From positions 8 through 64,007 of the forward strand of contig CASFYR010000062.1 in assembly GCA_949298975.1 (NCBI GenBank): a DNA stretch of 64,000 nt, read 5' to 3'. The stretch is from an uncultured Bacillota bacterium. Lineage in GTDB: Bacteria > Bacillota_I > Bacilli_A > Erysipelotrichales > Erysipelotrichaceae. Position numbers and translations under genes: made by a program. Positions 58,208 to 64,000 of this stretch are shown one piece after another (positions within the stretch are counted from its first letter, which is position 1; each line of letters begins with the position of its first letter). The notes below the pieces were generated by a model. That model had not been told where the DNA came from and did not search any database. It was given only the letters and a program-made list of their open reading frames with translations.

Positions 58208-59560
58208 TTATATTTTAAGCAAGACCGTAAAGACCGATCCCTTTGTTAAAGTGCTTTTTACTTCGATCTTGCCGCCATGAGCTTTAACGATCTCTTTGAC
58301 CATTGCCAGTCCAAGACCGTGTCCGCCTTTGTTGCGGCTGTCATCGCTTTTATAGAAACGATCGAAGATCTTGTCAAGCTGATCGCAGGCGATCCCGACC
58401 CCTTCGTCCTTAACCTTGATAATGATTTCGTTGTCGTTTCTGTTTAGATCCAGTTCAACGCTGCGGTTATCGGCAGTAAACTTTAAGGCATTGTCCATGA
58501 GGTTGATTATCATTCTTAAGATCAAAGTTTCATCGCCTTCATAGGAAATATCTGCCATGATATTGGCTTTGACGAGGATATTCCGTTTTTCGGCCTTTTC
58601 TTTGTATTCCTGGACGATGCTCAAACAAAGATCACTGAGATTGAATTCAGTCTTGTGAATGGTCATTCTTCCGTTTTCGGCCCTGGCCAGCAGCAACAAT
58701 TGATTGACCATACTTATCATCTGTTCCAGTTTTTTATCAAGCAGCCGGATATCCTGTTTTTCTTCTTTGGTAAATTTTGGATCATTTATCAGTTTATCCA
58801 CCGTCATCTTCATGACGCTAAGCGGCGTCCGCAGTTCGTGGGCAACATCGCTGGAGAAGCGTTTCTCCCGTTGGATGCTTTGATCCAAGTCATCTAACAG
58901 ATCGTCAAAGGTGGCGGCCAGAGCATATACTTCATCTTTTCCCTGACCAAGATCGACCCTTTGGGAGAGATCCTGTTTTTCCTTGATCTTTTTTACGGTA
59001 TCTGCGATCCTGGTAATCGGAGCCATTGCCCGCTTGCTGATAATGTAACCGCCGACGGCTGTCAAAACGATCAATAGCGGCAACAGGATGATCGCGGTTT
59101 GAAGCAAGGAGCGGAAATCCTTTTCCGCTTCATCGATCGAAACGATTCCCCGGATCATGATCTGCCGGCCGTCAGCAAAAGGAACCTTCGTATCATAAAC
59201 GAAGTAATTGACCCTGTTATTTTGAATAGATTGGATTTCATCCTCGATAAAAGGCAGATCATAGGCAAAACCAAAAGGAATTTTGCCATAGAGGAGATCA
59301 AGATCATCTTCGCTGTAAGCGGAGAGATAGATCCCATCTTCCACCTTCAGAAAATCAGCAGTAAAGGACAGTTCGCCGTTGTCATATCTTAAATAATTGT
59401 AGCTTTCATTGACTCTTTCTTTAAGAGCGTGCTGAACATTGGCGCTGATTTCATAGGAATTGATGGAAAACAGCAAGCCTAAAACCACCATGATGATAAT
59501 GGTCATGGTGGCAGTGTGCAACAGTACCAAACGGCTTTTTATCGATAGTTTGTTTATCAT
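58208..59560 (-). CDS. Sensor histidine kinase (HAMP-HisKA-HATPase)
   Basis: H-box FSSDVAHELRTPL, N-box MDNALKF, G-boxes DEGVGI / GGHGLGLAMV. Two TM segments flank an extracytoplasmic domain of ~130 aa. Confidence 0.9.
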   Translation of the reverse strand: MINKLSIKSRLVLLHTATMTIIIMVVLGLLFSINSYEISANVQHALKERVNESYNYLRYDNGELSFTADFLKVEDGIYLSAYSEDDLDLLYGKIPFGFAYDLPFIEDEIQSIQNNRVNYFVYDTKVPFADGRQIMIRGIVSIDEAEKDFRSLLQTAIILLPLLIVLTAVGGYIISKRAMAPITRIADTVKKIKEKQDLSQRVDLGQGKDEVYALAATFDDLLDDLDQSIQREKRFSSDVAHELRTPLSVMKMTVDKLINDPKFTKEEKQDIRLLDKKLEQMISMVNQLLLLARAENGRMTIHKTEFNLSDLCLSIVQEYKEKAEKRNILVKANIMADISYEGDETLILRMIINLMDNALKFTADNRSVELDLNRNDNEIIIKVKDEGVGIACDQLDKIFDRFYKSDDSRNKGGHGLGLAMVKEIVKAHGGKIEVKSTLTKGSVFTVLLKI

Positions 59561-60225
59561 TCTTTTAACATGTAACCCCGCCCGCGGACAGTGTGGATCA
59601 GCGCCTGATCGAATCCCTCATCGATTTTTTTGCGCAGATATCGGATATAGACATCGATGATATTGGAAACGCCGTCATAACCGAAATCCCAGATATGATT
59701 TGTCAGTCTTTCCCGGGATAATACGATGCCTTTGTTGACCAAAAGATAGTGCAGCAGCTGAAATTCTTTGGCAGATAATACGATATTGCGGCCGCCCCTT
59801 TGCACGGTATGAGTATCGACGTCCATGATAAGATCGCCGGCGGTCAGGCGATTGGTTTTGATTCCGCTGTTTTTGCGGAGCAGAACCCTGATCCGGGCCA
59901 ATAGCTCGGCAAAGGCAAACGGTTTAACCAGATAGTCGTCACCGCCGCAGTCTAAACCCTGAACCCGATCCTCGACGCTGTCTTTGGCGCTTAAGAATAA
60001 TACCGGCACCGTCTTGCCTTCTTCCCTTAGTTCTTTGATTAGAGTCAGTCCGTCTTTTTGCGGCATCATGATATCGGTAATGATCAGATCATAGTCGGTC
60101 ACAGAGAGATAATCCAGCGCTTCTTCCCCATTAAAACAGCTGTCGACCCCATAGCCGACGTCTTTTAGCTGCTGTTTAATCATCCGATTGAGATCTGTCT
60201 CATCTTCAACTACTAAGATCCGCAT
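59557..60225 (-). CDS. OmpR/PhoB-family response regulator
   Basis: Receiver domain (MRILVVEDE, DLIITDIMMP, KPF) and a wHTH (LSAKEFQLLHYL...VRGRGY). Confidence 0.95.
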   Translation of the reverse strand: MRILVVEDETDLNRMIKQQLKDVGYGVDSCFNGEEALDYLSVTDYDLIITDIMMPQKDGLTLIKELREEGKTVPVLFLSAKDSVEDRVQGLDCGGDDYLVKPFAFAELLARIRVLLRKNSGIKTNRLTAGDLIMDVDTHTVQRGGRNIVLSAKEFQLLHYLLVNKGIVLSRERLTNHIWDFGYDGVSNIIDVYIRYLRKKIDEGFDQALIHTVRGRGYMLKE

Positions 60226-60238
60226 ATTTATGTGTCCT

Positions 60239-61057
60239 TTATCTTTCCTGGCTCCATTCGATCACTTTACCGTTGGTGGCGTCGATCGTGAACTCGTATT
60301 CTATTCCATTATAATATATTTCGCCTTCATAGACCCGATAACCGTCATCATAATCAAATTCGATCGTAATATTTTGATCGGTAGCACCTTTGACCCGGTT
60401 TAAGGCAATCTGCCGGGCCTCATTAAGCGAGATAATATCGTCGCTGTTGCTTGGAGTATAACCTTCGATATCAAAATCTTTGTTTATGATCTGACCGTCG
60501 CTTTTAGCGATATCGTAATCATATTCGGTATCATTGGCATAAAATTCGACATCATACACCGCAATTCCGTCTTCATGATCGCTTTTGATGCGGATAAATA
60601 CCAGTGATCCTTCATCGACCATAGCATCCTTTAAAGCGATCGCTTTTGCCTCGTCTTCGCTGATCATGGCATTACTTGAAGAGCCATTGCCGGAAGGATC
60701 GTTATTCTGACCGTTTGGATCAATGGTACTGTTGGTCGAGTTATTCTGTGGCTTAAAACCGTAGCTGATGATTGTGCCGTCTTTTTTGGCGATCTTGTAA
60801 TCATAGTCCTGTGTTGCCGAGCTGAAGGTAATATGATAGACGGCCTGACCGTCTGCATGATCGTCGCTTATATTAAGGCTCAGCAGTTCTGACCGGTCAA
60901 CCTTGGCATTTGATAAAGCGATCGTTTCGGCTTCGCTTTGTGAAATGGCTTGAGCAGAAGACCCGCTTATCGCCAGTACAAACAGGATGATAACGCCAAA
61001 ACCGAGTACGATCCCCAATGCGATCTTGGTTACAGAAGAGTTTAAAATATTTTTCAT
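60239..61057 (-). CDS. Secreted/anchored protein with three PepSY-like repeats
   Basis: Signal/TM N-terminus. Three repeats of the pattern [SE]EA..IAL......(D/E)....(Y)...F....EYDY.IA..DG.I. Confidence 0.8.
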   Translation of the reverse strand: MKNILNSSVTKIALGIVLGFGVIILFVLAISGSSAQAISQSEAETIALSNAKVDRSELLSLNISDDHADGQAVYHITFSSATQDYDYKIAKKDGTIISYGFKPQNNSTNSTIDPNGQNNDPSGNGSSSNAMISEDEAKAIALKDAMVDEGSLVFIRIKSDHEDGIAVYDVEFYANDTEYDYDIAKSDGQIINKDFDIEGYTPSNSDDIISLNEARQIALNRVKGATDQNITIEFDYDDGYRVYEGEIYYNGIEYEFTIDATNGKVIEWSQER

Positions 61058-61085
61058 AAGAACTTTCCTTTCTTTTTATACCTTG

Positions 61086-61118
61086 ATTATATGACGGCAA
61101 GATTAAAATAAGATTAAA
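61086..61118 (-). promoter_or_regulatory. PepSY-RR-HK operon promoter with 11-bp-phased direct repeats replacing the -35
   Basis: Minus strand reads TTTAATCTT-at-TTTAATCTT-gccgtca-TATAAT. There is no sigma-A -35, which is the typical layout of an OmpR-family-activated (autoregulated) promoter. Confidence 0.45.
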
Positions 61119-61180
61119 GGTCAAATAAAAGTAAAATTTTAGGCAAAATAAATCCTCATGACCTTTTAATAAAGGTTTTG

Positions 61181-61189
61181 TGGTATAAT
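61181..61189 (+). promoter_or_regulatory. Extended -10 promoter of the corA leader
   Basis: TGgTATAAT, about 27 nt upstream of the leader-ORF ATG. Confidence 0.45.
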
Positions 61190-61215
61190 TTTTGAGTTGA
61201 AGGAGAGGTGTTATC

Positions 61216-61311
61216 ATGTCTTTAGATGCTGACGGTCATGCGGGACAGCGGTTAAAAATGAATACAGCGAGGGACAAAAGACATGATAATCGTCGTTCTT
61301 TTGTCCCTTAA
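61216..61311 (+). CDS. Candidate 31-codon leader ORF upstream of corA
   Basis: AAGGAGAGG SD. MSLDADGHAGQRLKMNTARDKRHDNRRSFVP. Encloses a 12-bp perfect hairpin. The stop lies 6 nt before the corA SD. Confidence 0.3.
   Translation: MSLDADGHAGQRLKMNTARDKRHDNRRSFVP
61270..61308 (+). promoter_or_regulatory. Perfect 12-bp leader hairpin upstream of corA
   Basis: AGGGACAAAAGA-N15-TCTTTTGTCCCT. No U-tract. Ends exactly at the leader-ORF stop codon. Confidence 0.5.
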
Positions 61312-61331
61312 GAGGATAGGAGGAACGGGAA

Positions 61332-62288
61332 ATGATCGAATATTATAAAACTGTTAATAATGTTACTAAAAAGGTCGAAGAATTAGAACCGGGATGCTGG
61401 ATCAATGTCGTAGCGCCGACCGAAGAAGAAAAGCGGTTTTTGACGGAAGGTTTGGGCGTTTTGCCGGAATATGTGCAGGAATCGCTCGATGAAGAAGAAA
61501 GCTCGCATATCGATTATGATGACGACTATAATCAGACTTTGGTGATCGTTGACTATCCAAGTGCGGAGGAAGCCAAAGAAAATTATAGCTTTAACGGCAA
61601 AATGACTTTGCAGTACACAACTTTGCCGATCGGTATCGTTATGATGAAAGGCTATATCATTACGATTTCTTTATATGAAAATCTGAATATTGAAGATATG
61701 GCCAACGGTAAAGTCAAAGGCGTTCATACCGAGATGAAGACCAGATTTTTACTGTTGCTTTTGCTGCGGATATCTCAGCGCTTTTTGATCTATCTGCGGC
61801 AGATCGACCGTTTGTCTTCTTTGACGGAATACGAACTGCATAAGTCGATGCAAAACAAAGAACTGATCCAGATGTTAGGATTAGAGAAATCTTTGGTTTA
61901 TTTCAGCACTTCTCTTAAGACCGATGAGATCACGCTTAATAAGATCATGCGCGGCAAACTGATTAAACTATACGAAGAAGACCAGGATCTATTGGAAGAT
62001 GTTTTGATCGAGATCCATCAGGCGATCGAAATGTGTAATATTTATTCCAATATTTTATCTGGTACGATGGATGCTTTTGCTTCGGTTATTTCCAACAACC
62101 TGAACATCGTGATGAAGGTTTTAACGGTTATTACCATTGTAATGGCGATCCCAAACATTATTTTCAGTTTTTATGGGATGAATGTCGATGGATTGCCGTA
62201 TCCGTCATGGTGGGTACCGACGCTGATCGCCATAGTGGCCTGTCTTATCGCCACCTTTATTTTCAAGAAAAAAGATATGTTTCACTAA
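61332..62288 (+). CDS. corA: CorA-family magnesium/cobalt transporter
   Basis: FYGMNV (GMN) motif before the last TM. 318 aa. AGGAGG SD at 8 nt. Confidence 0.92.
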   Translation: MIEYYKTVNNVTKKVEELEPGCWINVVAPTEEEKRFLTEGLGVLPEYVQESLDEEESSHIDYDDDYNQTLVIVDYPSAEEAKENYSFNGKMTLQYTTLPIGIVMMKGYIITISLYENLNIEDMANGKVKGVHTEMKTRFLLLLLLRISQRFLIYLRQIDRLSSLTEYELHKSMQNKELIQMLGLEKSLVYFSTSLKTDEITLNKIMRGKLIKLYEEDQDLLEDVLIEIHQAIEMCNIYSNILSGTMDAFASVISNNLNIVMKVLTVITIVMAIPNIIFSFYGMNVDGLPYPSWWVPTLIAIVACLIATFIFKKKDMFH

Positions 62289-62310
62289 AAGATGCGGCCG
62301 CATCTTTTTT
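62288..62310 (+). terminator. Intrinsic terminator after corA
   Basis: AAGATGC-ggcc-GCATCTT followed by T-run. Confidence 0.75.
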
Positions 62311-62359
62311 AGCAGTTTATATCTTAAATAAAGCAGAGAAAATATATTATAATAAGGCT

Positions 62360-62962
62360 ATGGAAACATTATTGCTCAGAAAATATGAAGTGGACGAAAT
62401 AGCCGAGGCGTTTAAAGAAGGCAAGGTCATAGCGATCCCGACGGATACGGTGTTCGGGCTGGGTTGTGCTTACGACGAGTTGCCGGCGATGGAAAGGATC
62501 AAAGATATCAAGCACCGCGACCGCAATAAGCCGCTGCCGATGATGTGCAACGGTCTCGCCATGATCGAAGAGGTCGCTTATGTCAATGAGACGGCCAAAA
62601 GAGTGATCGAGAGATTTACTCCCGGCGCCCTGACTGTCGTATTGCAAAAGAAGGAACACATAAGCGATGCATTGACCAATGGCAAAACAACGATCGCTAT
62701 CCGGGTACCGGATAATACCCTGCTTTTGGATGTGATCACCAAGCTTGCCAAACCGATCTTAATGACCAGTGCCAATATGGCAAGCGAACCCAATATGGAC
62801 GCCTACCGGGATGTGTATGCCAAATTCAGCGGTCAGGTCGATGTTTTGGTCATGGAAAATGCTGCCGGGAAAACGGCCAGTACGATCGTTGATCTGAGCG
62901 ACGGGATAAAGATCCTAAGAGAAGGGCCTATCAGTCTTGATGAGATCAGGGAGGTATTATAA
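62360..62962 (+). CDS. tsaC: L-threonylcarbamoyladenylate synthase (TsaC/YwlC, Sua5/YrdC family)
   Basis: [14 protein letters not shown] and TSANMASEP motifs. The ORF-track start 62207 overlaps the corA 3' end and its terminator. TATAAT ends 6 nt before ATG 62360. Confidence 0.85.
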   Translation: METLLLRKYEVDEIAEAFKEGKVIAIPTDTVFGLGCAYDELPAMERIKDIKHRDRNKPLPMMCNGLAMIEEVAYVNETAKRVIERFTPGALTVVLQKKEHISDALTNGKTTIAIRVPDNTLLLDVITKLAKPILMTSANMASEPNMDAYRDVYAKFSGQVDVLVMENAAGKTASTIVDLSDGIKILREGPISLDEIREVL

Positions 62963-64000
62963 TGAAAGATGATGCTTTATTTGCTGCGATCGACCGGGAA
63001 TATTTCCGTCAGCAGCACAATATTGAATTGATCGCTTCGGAGAATTATGTATCAAAGGAAGTGCTGGCGGCCACCGGCTCGATACTGACCAACAAATATG
63101 CTGAAGGATATCCTAAAGCCCGTTATTACGGCGGTTGTGAATATGTCGATGAAGTTGAAGAGATTGCCCGAGATCATCTGAAAGAATTGTTTAAGGCCGA
63201 ACATGTCAATGTTCAGCCGCACAGCGGTTCGCAAGCCAATATGGCGGTGTATATGAGCGCTCTTGCACCAGGTGATAAAATTCTGGGGATGAGTCTTAAA
63301 GCCGGAGGTCATCTGACCCACGGCTACAGTTTAAATTTCAGTGGTAAACTGTATGAATCGCATACCTATGGCGTCGATGAAGAAACGGAAATGATCAATT
63401 ATGACGAAGTGGCTGATCTGGCTCAAGCGATTCGGCCGAAGATGATTGTGGCCGGAGCCAGCGCTTATCCCCGGATCATTGATTTTGAAAAATTTCGGCA
63501 GATTGCCGACAGCGTCGGGGCTTATCTGATGGTTGATATGGCGCACATTGCCGGATTGGTCGCTGCCGGACTGCATCCGTCGCCGGTTCCTTATGCCGAC
63601 TTTGTTACCAGTACGACGCACAAGACTTTAAGAGGGCCAAGAGGCGGAATCATATTATGCAAAGAAAAATACGCTAAAGCTTTAGATAAAACCCTGTTTC
63701 CGGGAATGCAGGGCGGACCGCTGATGCACGTTATCGCCGGCAAAGCCCAGTGCTTTTATGAAGCTCTTGATCCGTCATTTAAAGAGTATATGGCACAAGT
63801 GGTCAAAAACGCCAAGGTCATGGCCGACCGTTTTGCCGAAAATGGTCTCAGGGTCGTGACCGGCGGAACAGACAATCATTTATTGCTTCTGGATCTGACT
63901 AATTATCAGATCAGCGGCAAAGAGGCTGAAGTATTGCTTGATGAAGTAAATATTACCTGCAATAAAAACACAATTCCTAACGATCCGCTTAAAGCCAATG
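62962..64000 (+). CDS. glyA: Serine hydroxymethyltransferase, N-terminal ~346 codons (3' end outside window)
   Basis: [31 protein letters not shown] and the PLP site [14 protein letters not shown]. Open to the window edge, so absent from the ORF track. The ATG shares its A with the tsaC TAA. Confidence 0.95.
   Translation, partial: MKDDALFAAIDREYFRQQHNIELIASENYVSKEVLAATGSILTNKYAEGYPKARYYGGCEYVDEVEEIARDHLKELFKAEHVNVQPHSGSQANMAVYMSALAPGDKILGMSLKAGGHLTHGYSLNFSGKLYESHTYGVDEETEMINYDEVADLAQAIRPKMIVAGASAYPRIIDFEKFRQIADSVGAYLMVDMAHIAGLVAAGLHPSPVPYADFVTSTTHKTLRGPRGGIILCKEKYAKALDKTLFPGMQGGPLMHVIAGKAQCFYEALDPSFKEYMAQVVKNAKVMADRFAENGLRVVTGGTDNHLLLLDLTNYQISGKEAEVLLDEVNITCNKNTIPNDPLKAN

Noticed and set aside
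62207-62359. N-terminal extension of tsaC
   Set aside because: It overlaps the corA 3' end and reads through the corA terminator. The conserved TsaC sequence begins at METLLLRKY (62360).
63052-63621. Two minus-strand ORFs (89 and 96 aa)
   Set aside because: They are antisense to a textbook glyA reading frame, which is open to the window edge and so missing from the track.

Overview
Chromosomal, mostly housekeeping window from a low-GC Gram-positive bacterium (Bacillota; gene content looks Erysipelotrichia/Bacilli-like). TGA is a stop codon, since RF2 is encoded. All product calls come from motif and synteny recognition by eye; no searches were run. About 62 protein genes are recognised: parA(partial)-parB, a YtrA-type GntR/ABC module, rpmH-rnpA-yidC-jag, CIRCE-controlled groES-groEL, an ispD-like gene, comFA-comFC-secA-prfB, metG, a tight 5-gene stress/nucleotide operon, a guanine-riboswitch-controlled NCS2 permease, LCP, pyrG, pth-mfd-yabO-divIC, pgk-tpiA-eno, two MATE and two LtaS-family genes, two tandem MgtA-type P-type ATPases flanking a receiver-less OmpR-type regulator, GH25 lysozyme, secG-rnr-smpB, a VanY-type peptidase, a PepSY-RR-HK operon, corA, tsaC and glyA(partial). 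No rRNA, tRNA, CRISPR, IS or prophage was seen. rpmH, glyA and three short leader/accessory ORFs are missing from the ORF track, and several track ORFs are 5'-over-extended (permease, pgk, tsaC, the wHTH gene). Main leads: (1) mgtA (48162) and corA (61332) lack an M-box. Each is instead preceded by a promoter, a Shine-Dalgarno (SD)-equipped 28-31 codon ORF that fully encloses a long hairpin (U-tailed in the mgtA case), and a shared in-frame GAYRCTGACGG (D-x-D-G) element. This may be an undescribed leader-peptide attenuator for Mg2+ transporters in Firmicutes. (2) The mgtA-like / orphan winged-helix / mgtA arrangement carries 11-bp-phased direct repeats and a -35 palindrome. (3) A ~450 nt structured, ORF-free, promoter-to-terminator unit sits between prfB and metG where a T-box would be expected but none is seen. 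(4) A -10 hexamer lies 6-8 nt upstream of the ATG, with no SD, at several genes, which suggests leaderless mRNAs.
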